A stretch of 51,690 nucleotides of DNA from Candidatus Woykebacteria bacterium. Lineage in GTDB: Bacteria > Patescibacteriota > Microgenomatia > Woykebacterales > RBG-16-39-9b. The stretch spans positions 1-51,690 of the forward strand of contig JBBDPN010000001.1 in assembly GCA_040876265.1 (NCBI GenBank), read 5' to 3'. Position 1 is the first letter of the stretch; the number at the start of each line of letters is the position of its first letter. Of this stretch, positions 40,349-48,897 are shown piece by piece. A program made the position numbers and the translations under genes. The notes beneath the pieces are model-generated. The model was not told where the DNA came from. It searched no databases and saw nothing but the letters and a program-made list of their open reading frames with translations.

Positions 40349-42455
40349 GTCTTTCCAGGAATTCTTTATTGTCTGCCTGGTCAGGGAAATAGTTCTTAAA
40401 TTTTTTAAAGTGAGCCTTCTTGCTTACCTTATCATTCAACTGCGAATCGACTTGAAACAGCAGCTTCCAAGCGTCTAGGTAATTAAATTTTAGTGCCACC
40501 ACCTTTTCAAGTTGCTGCTGGGCTTTCTTGAAATCCTGTGCAAAAACATACATCGATGCTAGATTATACTGGATTTCTGCCTCTGTTGGCGCAAGAGCGG
40601 CGAAAATTTGGGCGGTTGCCACTACTTGAGATGTGTATCGTGGGTCAGAAGTGGCCAGATTATAAATTGCTTGCAGGCGGATACGCCAAAGGCTGATATT
40701 TTCAGGACTAGTAGTGGTTGCGAAGTTTAGGTAGGAGAAACTCTCAGCAATTTTCTCTTTTTTCTCTCTGCCTTGGAGGTCGTTGGCTAAGTGCATAGTT
40801 ACCAGACCCAGGTTTGCTTTGTACAAAGGTTCATCAGGGCGTAGGCGGGTCGCAGTTTTTAAGTTGTCATAACTGGCAGCGTAGCTTGGGGAAGAGAGGC
40901 CTTTGTTGTAGAAAAAGTCAGCTAGCCACATTGCGGAAACAGAGGTAATTAAAGATAAGCCAATAAAAACAGCTAGAAACCTTCCGGATAATGAGAGATA
41001 GCGATTGCGGAAAATGTTCAAAGGTAAGACGACTTTCTTTATATCTTCAACTACCACAAAGATAAAGGCGGTAGTAAGATAAAACAAAAGGGCTATTGGG
41101 ACGATACTGAAACCAAATAAATTCTGGACGTGAAAACCAACTAATCCGCTTGAGGCTAGGACGATAAATATTTTCTTCCACTTATCCAGTTTCTGGTTCA
41201 GATACTTAAGCACCAATAGAGATAAAGTGCTAAGTAGAAATAAGTAAGTGCCGATGCCTAATATGCCGGTTGTAGCAAGATAGTGAGCGAATTCGTTATG
41301 AGCCTTGTTGTAGAGAAAATTCCATTCGGTAGTTAAATTGTGTTCGACCGGTCTATGTTGGTAGTAGCTATAGGCGAAGGTCTCCACTCCTGAGCCTAAA
41401 AGCGGGTAATTTTTGAATATATCAAAAGCGCCACGCCAGACGATGAGTCTGATCCGTCCGGTTTCTGGACCCGAGGTGGCTAATTGGGTATCACCCGTGG
41501 CTCGAATTGCTTCCAAGTTTAGACCGCGCGAAACCAAAGCGTTGCCAAATAGAAGTAATATCAACGCCCAAGCAACTAGTAAGATCGTTAGGAAAAACCC
41601 AGTGTTTGGAGGTCGAAAGCGGGGTTTAATTTTAGAAAAGTCTTTTTCTTGGGAAAACTTTTTGATATCTGATTTGAACGTAAATAAGAATAGAAACAGG
41701 GCTGAAAGCAGCATGCCCACAAAGCCGACACTAGCACCTCGCGAGTAGGCGAAGGTAAAAGCCAGAAACAGTACTATTAAGGCAACGGTGGAAAGGGCTT
41801 TTTCCCAGGTTTTTTTGGCGAGTAAGAGAAAAAAGGCTGCCATCGGTATTACCATCGATAAAAATGCAGCCAGCCAATTGGAATGTCCAAGAGTAGAAAA
41901 TGCCCGGGCCTCCGCATCCTGCTGCCAAAAACCGGCGTCTATCCCGCGCCAAGAGCCGTCTGGGTTTTGGAAGAGTGGAGTGGGGTGCTGCAATATTGCG
42001 TAGATAGCTACAATGGTCGATGAGAGCAATAGAAACTTTAGTGAGCGCAATACCTTTTCTGTACCTGCCCGTCCGGCAGGCGGGTCAAAAAAAGTTACAA
42101 AAGAAAAATAAAGCACGATGTACGAGATTGTAGAGAGGAGTCCGCCATTGAAACGGGAGTAGTGGCCAAAGATACTGGTGTGCGGTTCAATTGAAAATAT
42201 AGTTGAAAGGATGTTGGCGGCGAGAAAAAGTAAAATGGGTATATCTAGTGGTGTGCTTTTATATACAAATTTACCTTCTGACACGGTTTTTACCAGCCAT
42301 GCGGTTAAGATGATACTGGCACCAAAATAAACCAAGATCATTTTGTTGAACTCAAAAAGCTCACTGGTTACCGGGAGCCAAATGAGGGGGACCAAGAAAA
42401 ATAAAGCGTAAAAAGTGTATTCGATGATTGTTTCACTGATGCGCGAAGAATTCAT
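40335..42455 (-). CDS. O-antigen ligase-like membrane protein with TPR-like C-terminus
   Basis: Many TM helices; RAFSTLGHSNWLA, FAYSRG, GSGVETF, AHNEF; ATG 42455 preferred over the track TTG. Confidence 0.88.
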   Translation of the reverse strand: MNSSRISETIIEYTFYALFFLVPLIWLPVTSELFEFNKMILVYFGASIILTAWLVKTVSEGKFVYKSTPLDIPILLFLAANILSTIFSIEPHTSIFGHYSRFNGGLLSTISYIVLYFSFVTFFDPPAGRAGTEKVLRSLKFLLLSSTIVAIYAILQHPTPLFQNPDGSWRGIDAGFWQQDAEARAFSTLGHSNWLAAFLSMVIPMAAFFLLLAKKTWEKALSTVALIVLFLAFTFAYSRGASVGFVGMLLSALFLFLFTFKSDIKKFSQEKDFSKIKPRFRPPNTGFFLTILLVAWALILLLFGNALVSRGLNLEAIRATGDTQLATSGPETGRIRLIVWRGAFDIFKNYPLLGSGVETFAYSYYQHRPVEHNLTTEWNFLYNKAHNEFAHYLATTGILGIGTYLFLLSTLSLLVLKYLNQKLDKWKKIFIVLASSGLVGFHVQNLFGFSIVPIALLFYLTTAFIFVVVEDIKKVVLPLNIFRNRYLSLSGRFLAVFIGLSLITSVSAMWLADFFYNKGLSSPSYAASYDNLKTATRLRPDEPLYKANLGLVTMHLANDLQGREKKEKIAESFSYLNFATTTSPENISLWRIRLQAIYNLATSDPRYTSQVVATAQIFAALAPTEAEIQYNLASMYVFAQDFKKAQQQLEKVVALKFNYLDAWKLLFQVDSQLNDKVSKKAHFKKFKNYFPDQADNKEFLERHEIN
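42064..42084. repeat. 21-nt GC-rich palindromic element in frame inside a CDS
   Basis: CCTGCCCGTCCGGCAGGCGGG, read as PPAGRAG in the protein. Confidence 0.6.
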
Positions 42456-42672
42456 TTGCAAAAATATTAACACATTTTCTACTACCTTTTGCCGAAAAGG
42501 TAGTGCCAAAGCGGCCGCCAGACTGCGGGAGCTGTTAGACTAAGCTAAAAAGCTTCGGGACTTCCCCTGGAATTCAGCTTCGGCAAGCTCAGCTTCAGTT
42601 TCCGTTTCCTCTTCGCTTTTCAGCAAGTCTAAATACGCTCTCCTCGTAAGGCGGTTTTAAGAACTAGTAGGT

Positions 42673-42701
42673 TTGACAATGACCCTATAGTATACTATAC
42701 T
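42673..42701 (+). promoter_or_regulatory. Near-consensus sigma70 promoter with overlapping palindrome
   Basis: TTGACA, 17 nt, TATACT; ATAGTATACTAT palindrome at 42687-42698. Confidence 0.75.
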
Positions 42702-42707
42702 AGTGGT

Positions 42708-42945
42708 GTTCTTTGAAGGTGAATAGGATTCTCATATCTGGCTTGCTGGGCAAGGCAGATATTGCTAATCCTGCGATTGAGCAATAGCTGACACTATTCT
42801 GCTCAATCTAAAAAGTTACAAGTAAAGGCACTTTGTAACTGGTTCTAATTCTATGTTGTAACTGCCACTACACAAGTTGTCTTGGAGTAATGTAGAGAAA
42901 TTAAAGCCAGTTACCAGGTGCCTTTCTTTAAACCATGAAAATGGT
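42708..42945 (+). ncRNA. Highly structured leader or small RNA
   Basis: Consecutive hairpins at 42725-42772, 42775-42808, 42824-42925 and 42931-42944 (GAAA loop). Confidence 0.45.
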
Positions 42946-43028
42946 GAGAAGTCCCGCGAAGCCTAGTGCGTAGTGGGATTAGGTACTTTGGATATCGGAA
43001 ATGGCCAAGATAGCCAAGGAGACAAGAG

Positions 43029-43184
43029 ATGTTTGCCAAAATCTCAGCAGTGTTCTTCAGCTTCGCTGGCACCGCCTCTGTAATAGCAGGGGTAAAGGAG
43101 TTAGGGGCTGGAACTGACGCAGCTCTCATGTTTGGCATGGCGTTTCTTGCACTGTGCGGTCTCCATATCGCTAGAACGCGTTAG
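43029..43184 (+). CDS. Small two-TM peptide (51 aa; not in ORF track)
   Basis: AAGGAG SD; MFAKISAVFFSFAGTASVIAGVKELGAGTDAALMFGMAFLALCGLHIARTR. Confidence 0.6.
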   Translation: MFAKISAVFFSFAGTASVIAGVKELGAGTDAALMFGMAFLALCGLHIARTR

Positions 43185-43270
43185 TGGAGCAGCAGTCCAA
43201 GAACAAGCTGGATTAACGACTTCGAACGGTGTGTTCTCACCTCGTTCGAAATAGCCAAAGGAGGAGTGAG

Positions 43271-43513
43271 TTGCCAGTAGCCGGAAAGTGCATGTGGTGC
43301 GGTAAAGTCCGCACAGATGTGCCACGAGACGATGTGCAGTGGTACTGCGTTGGTCTTGATGGATGTGGGCGGTTCAACCCACCGATCATTAAGACAGCCT
43401 ACTGGCGCTGCATCAATGGCTGCTTGGGTGAATGGGTGTTCGGCGAACCGCCGAAGGCTTGTCACAATTGCCGCGGTCCGCTTGAGACCCGTCGGCTGGA
43501 ACCGACTAGCTAG
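43271..43513 (+). CDS. Double zinc-ribbon-like protein (80 aa, 8 Cys)
   Basis: AAAGGAGGAG SD before TTG; CMWC, CVGLDGC, CINGC, CHNC. Confidence 0.7.
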   Translation: MPVAGKCMWCGKVRTDVPRDDVQWYCVGLDGCGRFNPPIIKTAYWRCINGCLGEWVFGEPPKACHNCRGPLETRRLEPTS

Positions 43514-43543
43514 TTCACCGGCCAAGAGGCCTAAGGAGGAAAG

Positions 43544-43849
43544 GTGATGACGATTCAAGGAACCGGGGACCCGGCCAAGCGGGAGGAGATTCTTTTTCGC
43601 GCTTGGCAGCGGGAGCAAAACCTTCTAGCAATGGAACTGACGTTCCTGCTGAAGGTCGCCTATGGGCAGCAGGAATGCGATGAGACTGCTACCTTTTCGA
43701 AGCCGTTCGTGTTCGAGTGCTACTGGCAGATCAAGCTGGCCAAGGACACCGGCGGCGAGGTCATGGCGCGGGTTTGCAGAGACGTCGTTGAGACGTTCAT
43801 CGCACACAGACTGCACCCGAAGCTCGCAATTCTCGCGACGCATCTGTAG
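43544..43849 (+). CDS. Hypothetical protein
   Basis: Strong SD AAGGAGG; start is GTG 43544 or ATG 43547. Confidence 0.7.
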   Translation: MMTIQGTGDPAKREEILFRAWQREQNLLAMELTFLLKVAYGQQECDETATFSKPFVFECYWQIKLAKDTGGEVMARVCRDVVETFIAHRLHPKLAILATHL

Positions 43850-43864
43850 ACCGAAGGAGGAAAG

Positions 43865-44080
43865 GTGATGAACGTAGAACTGGTTCCTATCCCGGAGCAG
43901 ACAGCTTTCTGGTCAGTGGGGATAGCCACCGGGGTCTTCCTGGTTCTCCTCTACCTGCCTGTGCAGGATGAGAGCCTGAAAGGGATCCGGAAGCTGTTCA
44001 CCTTCCTGACTGGGGCGCTCGGTTTCGGGATCGCCGCTCTCTGGGTTCTGAGCAACTACGTCTTCGTCCCAGGGGCCTAG
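43865..44080 (+). CDS. Small two-TM protein
   Basis: Same 18-nt RBS/start as the previous gene; two hydrophobic segments. Confidence 0.7.
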   Translation: MMNVELVPIPEQTAFWSVGIATGVFLVLLYLPVQDESLKGIRKLFTFLTGALGFGIAALWVLSNYVFVPGA

Positions 44081-44270
44081 GGGATCTGCGACTAAAGCGC
44101 TTTAAGCGCCGTGGTAGAAGCATCGAGTTTGACTCTCGATGAGAATTCAGATTTCATCTGATACGCTTCACCAAGTTTCCTCAAGCAAATCAGATCGCTG
44201 GTTTATTTGAGGGAGAACAGGAAGCAATTCGTGTTCTTTGGGAAAAAATAAATAGTCAGTCTAGAGGGGA

Positions 44271-45011
44271 GTGAGATCCGTGATTGGTCGAACCGTTAGG
44301 GTTAACGGCCGTCGGATTCATTACCTCTTTGGAGGTGGTGAACAAAGCTCGGCAGTGGTTCTCCTGCACGGTTACGGTATGAGCGCATCCGTATACCGGT
44401 CGGTGGGGGATGCGCTGTCGACGAACCACCGCGTCATTATCCCAGACCTTCCGGGTTTTGGGAAAAGTGACAAGGTAGGAAAGGCTAGTTTCGAGGAGTT
44501 TGCGGCCCTCCTCCAGGGCTTTCTCAGGGAGATTGGCGTCTCGACAGCCACGTTGATCGCCCATTCTATGGGTGGAGGTGTGGCAATAGAGTTTGCCAGG
44601 CTTTTTCCCGAAGAAGTCGCCAAGTTGGTACTCGTCGATAGCGTAGGTAGCCCGATCAAGCGTTCTACCCTTGGGTGGGCCTACTCAGCGATCCGCAAGA
44701 CTTGGCACGGACTATACAGACTGCGTGTCTCTTTGGAGATTGTTTCTGCCTTTGTCCTTAATTGTCTGAGGCGTCCAGTCTGGATGCTCAGGACTTTTAG
44801 GATGACGGCCGATTGCGATCTCCTGGGGGTACTTGGCCGGTTGAAAGTCCGAATACGTGTGGTCTGGGCAGCGGAGGACGAGTACTTTCCTCTCTCTGCC
44901 TGTTCCAATATCTGCCGCGCAAGCTCTGTCAAGTCCATCCTCATTGATGCAGGACATGACTGGATAATCCTAGAGCCCACAGCACCGCTAGTTTTGCACC
45001 AATTGCTCTAG
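44271..45011 (+). CDS. Alpha/beta-fold hydrolase
   Basis: LLHGY, PDLPGFGKS, AHSMGG, AEDEY, AGHDW (Ser-Asp-His triad). Confidence 0.92.
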   Translation: MRSVIGRTVRVNGRRIHYLFGGGEQSSAVVLLHGYGMSASVYRSVGDALSTNHRVIIPDLPGFGKSDKVGKASFEEFAALLQGFLREIGVSTATLIAHSMGGGVAIEFARLFPEEVAKLVLVDSVGSPIKRSTLGWAYSAIRKTWHGLYRLRVSLEIVSAFVLNCLRRPVWMLRTFRMTADCDLLGVLGRLKVRIRVVWAAEDEYFPLSACSNICRASSVKSILIDAGHDWIILEPTAPLVLHQLL

Positions 45012-45061
45012 ACGCGTTCATCTTGCGTCTTCGAACGTTGACAAGTAGTAAAGGAGCTGAG

Positions 45062-45439
45062 ATGTTCTTTCGAAGAAAGAAACGCACAATGACAATCGAC
45101 CCTCTTACGGTACAAATTGCCGTAATATGCGACCGTATCGTCAGCACTATCTGCCATTGGCTACCCTATCTGGAGGTAGAGGTGCTTGAGGTGGTGAAGC
45201 CCAAACGGTTCGGAGAACCGACCTACATAATAGTCAAGGTCAAATTTGGGCTCCCGGGGGAGGAGATGCGAGACGAAACGGTAGTTACCATGACAGTTCC
45301 CTCCCGTTACTTGATCGAAACCGTTGAGGTGAAAGGGAAGCGATATTTCATCAGGCACATCACTGATGACTGGACAGGCCCGAATGCGCCGTTCGGTCCG
45401 ACGGCAGGGATGGTCAAATTAGAGGAGGTGACGTGGTGA
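45062..45439 (+). CDS. Hypothetical protein
   Basis: AAGGAG SD before ATG 45062; beta-rich; no family recognised. Confidence 0.6.
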   Translation: MFFRRKKRTMTIDPLTVQIAVICDRIVSTICHWLPYLEVEVLEVVKPKRFGEPTYIIVKVKFGLPGEEMRDETVVTMTVPSRYLIETVEVKGKRYFIRHITDDWTGPNAPFGPTAGMVKLEEVTW

Positions 45440-45645
45440 ACTACGAGAAGTGGGTGGTATGGTTGGCGTTTACCCCAATTATGTTCGTATGCGTGGTGGT
45501 AGTTGTGTTCCTCGGAGCCTTCGTCTATGCCATGATTTCAGGCTCGAACGTAGTGGCGATGCAGATCGTGGAGATCGGGACTGCGGTTGCGGTTCTCTCC
45601 ATGATTGCTTCGGTGATCATCACCAACTATCTCGTTAACAGCTAG
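45433..45645 (+). CDS. Small two-TM protein
   Basis: GAGGAGG SD; two long hydrophobic segments. Confidence 0.65.
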   Translation: MVNYEKWVVWLAFTPIMFVCVVVVVFLGAFVYAMISGSNVVAMQIVEIGTAVAVLSMIASVIITNYLVNS

Positions 45646-45660
45646 AAGGGAGGGAGACAC

Positions 45661-46476
45661 GTGCTCAGTGATGAGCAGCGCATCGAGCTCTACGGTGGTC
45701 TCCCTCGAGAGGCAATCGTCAGAGCAAGCGGATCTGGGTGGCGGATCGAAACACCCACCATCAAGGTCGATGGGCGTCAGGAAGTTGGCATTCTGATCCA
45801 GGGTGGCATTCACTCCCAGTCAGCACAACTGTCGCACAAAGTGCGAGAGTTCGCTCGCCGAGGCTTTACGGTAGGTTGCATCGATCAATCAGGGGCAGCG
45901 ACCGTGAGTAAGTCCACAAACTTTTACGACTGCGCGGACTACGCGAGGTTCGTTGCTCGTGATCTTGCGGCCCTAGAGACCCTTGGTTTAAGCAGAGTAA
46001 TAGCGTACGGCTCCAGCCTCGGAGCTGGTGCTTCAATTGCACTGGCTGCCGAAGCTCCGGAGTGTGTAACAGCAGTTATTGCTGTCAGCCCGGCATCCCT
46101 GATTCGGCAGAACCCTTGGTTCGTTGCCGCGAAATTCGCTCTCTCGAGTTTTCAAGTTCCGGAGAAAGACTTCACACCACAGTCTACAAGAGGACCTGGT
46201 GTCGGGGAGATGCTGAGGGAAGGGTTAGGAAAAGCCAAGAACCTAGCCGCAAGCGATATAGGGTTGAACTACCTAGCTCGCGTGTCCTGTCCCGTGCTGA
46301 TCTACACTGGTAAACGGGATTTCGTGTTCCCGTGGCGACGTCTGAAGGGGCTGGAAGATCAGTTCCCGAACCTGCGGGTGCTTGTGGTAGATAATTTCAT
46401 CCACAGCGATCCCAACAGTCGGAAAAAGATCAACTGGCTCGTTGCTGACGCCATGAGGAGACTGGAGATCAATTAG
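45661..46476 (+). CDS. Alpha/beta-fold hydrolase
   Basis: YGSSLGA (GxSxG), GKRDFV, FIHSD. Confidence 0.85.
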   Translation: MLSDEQRIELYGGLPREAIVRASGSGWRIETPTIKVDGRQEVGILIQGGIHSQSAQLSHKVREFARRGFTVGCIDQSGAATVSKSTNFYDCADYARFVARDLAALETLGLSRVIAYGSSLGAGASIALAAEAPECVTAVIAVSPASLIRQNPWFVAAKFALSSFQVPEKDFTPQSTRGPGVGEMLREGLGKAKNLAASDIGLNYLARVSCPVLIYTGKRDFVFPWRRLKGLEDQFPNLRVLVVDNFIHSDPNSRKKINWLVADAMRRLEIN

Positions 46477-46654
46477 TGGTTATTTACCGGATCGCGTCAA
46501 ACGTGACACCGGGTTCTTTCCTTAAAGAACCAACCACTTCTTTAAGCCAAACTAGCAACACTTTGAGTATCTTCCGACCTCTTACGATCCACTGCCAATT
46601 ATCAACCTGTTTCTGTTACAATTTCCAGTAGAAAACTATATCAGGGGTAGGATT

Positions 46655-47728
46655 GTGAAATTTGACTTAAATCCCTTAAATCATTTCTGGGGTACTTTCT
46701 CGCACGACGTGGCGGTGGATCTGGGTACCAAAAACACCAAGATCGCCGTTGTTGGTAAAGGTGTCATGGTCCGAGAGCCTACAGTAGTGGCATCTCATAA
46801 AAAAACCAAGCAGATTTTTTCTATTGGCAGCGACGCGGCTAAAATGCTGGGCCGGACACCAGCCAGCATTGTCGTCACCCACCCACTTCGCGACGGCGTG
46901 ATCGACGATCTTGATCTAGCCGAAAGTCTTCTTAAGCATTTCATAGTCAAAGTGCACAATAGCCCTGCTTCTTTTCCAAAGATACCTAGGCCACGGGTAG
47001 CCATTGGTGTTCCTTCCGGTGCTACAGAGGTGGAGAGGCGAGCGGTTTCCGATGCCGCCATGAACGCTGGTGCCAGAGAAGTCTATCTGGTCGAAGAGCC
47101 AATGGCAGCTGCTCTGGGCGTAAAAATGGAAATCGAGCAGCCTTCGGGCAACATGATTGTTGATATTGGTGGTGGTACCACCGAGATCGCTGTCATTTCT
47201 TTGGGTGGAGTGGTCGTAAGTAAGTCACTACGACGCGCTGGCAACGAGATGGACGAAGATATTATTGGCTACGCTAGGACTCGTTACAACCTACTTCTCG
47301 GGGAAACTACCGCCGAAGCAATAAAAATAGAAGCCGGCTCTGCCTACCCGGTTGGTAAAGAAGGAAAGGTCATCATGAGGGGTAGGGATCTGGCCAATGG
47401 GTTGCCTTCGTCTATTAGCATAAGTACCGGTGAAGTACGCGAAGCCATCTCCAATACTCTCCGGAACATTCTTGAGGGAATTAAAGAAGCAATTGAGGAA
47501 TCGCCGCCAGAGCTGGTGGGAGATATTGTCGAAAACGGGATCTACCTTACCGGTGGCGGTGGGTTACTGAAAGGGTTCACACACCTTATCGCCAAAGAGA
47601 CTAAGATGCCAGTTATTCTGGTTGATGATCCTCTTTCGACGGTGGTTAAGGGGATGAGCAAAATTTTAGAAGAACCAAAATTGCTGACAAAAATTAGGTT
47701 CGCAGGAAGTTTACACGTGATCGCTTAA
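46655..47728 (+). CDS. mreB: Rod shape-determining protein MreB (paralogue 2)
   Basis: VDLGTKNT, HPLRDGVI, VDIGGGTTE, LTGGGGLL; upstream of mreC. Confidence 0.96.
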   Translation: MKFDLNPLNHFWGTFSHDVAVDLGTKNTKIAVVGKGVMVREPTVVASHKKTKQIFSIGSDAAKMLGRTPASIVVTHPLRDGVIDDLDLAESLLKHFIVKVHNSPASFPKIPRPRVAIGVPSGATEVERRAVSDAAMNAGAREVYLVEEPMAAALGVKMEIEQPSGNMIVDIGGGTTEIAVISLGGVVVSKSLRRAGNEMDEDIIGYARTRYNLLLGETTAEAIKIEAGSAYPVGKEGKVIMRGRDLANGLPSSISISTGEVREAISNTLRNILEGIKEAIEESPPELVGDIVENGIYLTGGGGLLKGFTHLIAKETKMPVILVDDPLSTVVKGMSKILEEPKLLTKIRFAGSLHVIA

Positions 47729-47743
47729 AGTTAGGGGACCCTC

Positions 47744-48556
47744 TTGGCAAAAAATGAAAGCATCAACAAGCCGTCTGGAAGGAAAAAGATGTTTATCACT
47801 CTGGCAAGTTTAGTGATAATTTTTTTCTTCCTCGAGGTCGTCGGTCTGACAAACTTCATCCAAACCCCCTTACAAAAAATTTTTACTCCAGTACAACTGG
47901 CTTTTTATAAGAGTGGTAAAGACGTAGAAAATTTTCTAGGCACGATAACATCTATTAAAGGTTTAAAAGAAAGGGAAACTGCGGCCACTTATGAAAACGC
48001 TTGGTTGAGAGCAGAAAACGCTAGCCTCAAAAAGCTGGAAGGAGAGAATAAAGCGCTGCGAGAGCAGTTGGGGGCGCCAAGATTAGGTGAGGATCTGATT
48101 TTAGCCCAAGTCATTGGTCACGACCCACTTTTGGGTAGTAGCGATTTACTGGTGGATAAGGGGAGAAGCCGTCGGGTAAAGGTAGGTTACTTAGTGGTTA
48201 TTAAAAATATATTAGTTGGAGAAGTTGTTAGAGTCGGTGATTCTACCGCTGTAGTGAGGCTGTTGACAGATTCGGGAACAAAGATACCGGCTGAAACAGA
48301 AAACCAGGTTGGCGGTATAGTCCGGGGAGAGTTTGGTAACAGGATAATTTTGGACAAAGTTGCCCAAGGCGAAAAATTGAAAGTGGGCGAAATAGTTTTC
48401 TCTTCTGGAGCAGCTGATATACCAAAAGGATTGGTCCTAGGGGAAGTAGAAAAGATAGAGAACAACCCAGCCGAAATTTTTCAAAAAGCAACCATAAAGC
48501 CACTTGCGCCTTACGATAAACTAGACACTCTATTTATTATTAACGCAGGTGGCTGA
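47744..48556 (+). CDS. mreC: Rod shape-determining protein MreC
   Basis: TM, coiled coil, AQVIGHD...LLVDKG...LVGEV...SSG...PKGLVLG. Confidence 0.92.
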   Translation: MAKNESINKPSGRKKMFITLASLVIIFFFLEVVGLTNFIQTPLQKIFTPVQLAFYKSGKDVENFLGTITSIKGLKERETAATYENAWLRAENASLKKLEGENKALREQLGAPRLGEDLILAQVIGHDPLLGSSDLLVDKGRSRRVKVGYLVVIKNILVGEVVRVGDSTAVVRLLTDSGTKIPAETENQVGGIVRGEFGNRIILDKVAQGEKLKVGEIVFSSGAADIPKGLVLGEVEKIENNPAEIFQKATIKPLAPYDKLDTLFIINAGG

Positions 48557-48894
48557 TGAATAATTTGGGTTTGTATACAATTTTGCTTTTAGGAGCGATC
48601 TTAATCGAGGTCAGTATCTTAGCACTACCATTGGGATTGCTGCTAATTTTAATTTGGTATGTAAAAAACGGACCCAAACAAATTATTTTTCTACTATTGA
48701 TATTTAGTCTTGTGTTATCCGCTATTTTTAACGTTCCGGTCTGGGCTGTTTTGGCTACGACAGCAGCGAGTTTTTTACTTTTTTTGTTGGCAGAGACCGT
48801 TTTACCGCAAAAGCCGGTTATTACTTTTGGTGTATTTGTCGCCGCGTTGGTTTTTTGGGAGTTTTCAACAGGTTTGATTTTAAATTTTATCTAG
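48556..48894 (+). CDS. Small multi-pass membrane protein in the MreD position
   Basis: About four hydrophobic helices; lies between mreC and mrdA. Confidence 0.6.
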   Translation: MNNLGLYTILLLGAILIEVSILALPLGLLLILIWYVKNGPKQIIFLLLIFSLVLSAIFNVPVWAVLATTAASFLLFLLAETVLPQKPVITFGVFVAALVFWEFSTGLILNFI

Positions 48895-48897
48895 CGT

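Noticed and set aside
42540-42650. Minus-strand frame RRAYLDLLKSEEETETEAELAEAEFQGKSRSFLA, antitoxin-like
   Set aside because: An in-frame stop lies just upstream, there is no clear start and no partner toxin.
43101-45358. Minus-strand ORFs over the GC-rich cluster (for example 43181..43618, 44256..44564)
   Set aside because: The plus-strand ORFs have SD motifs and recognisable features; higher GC explains the long shadow frames.
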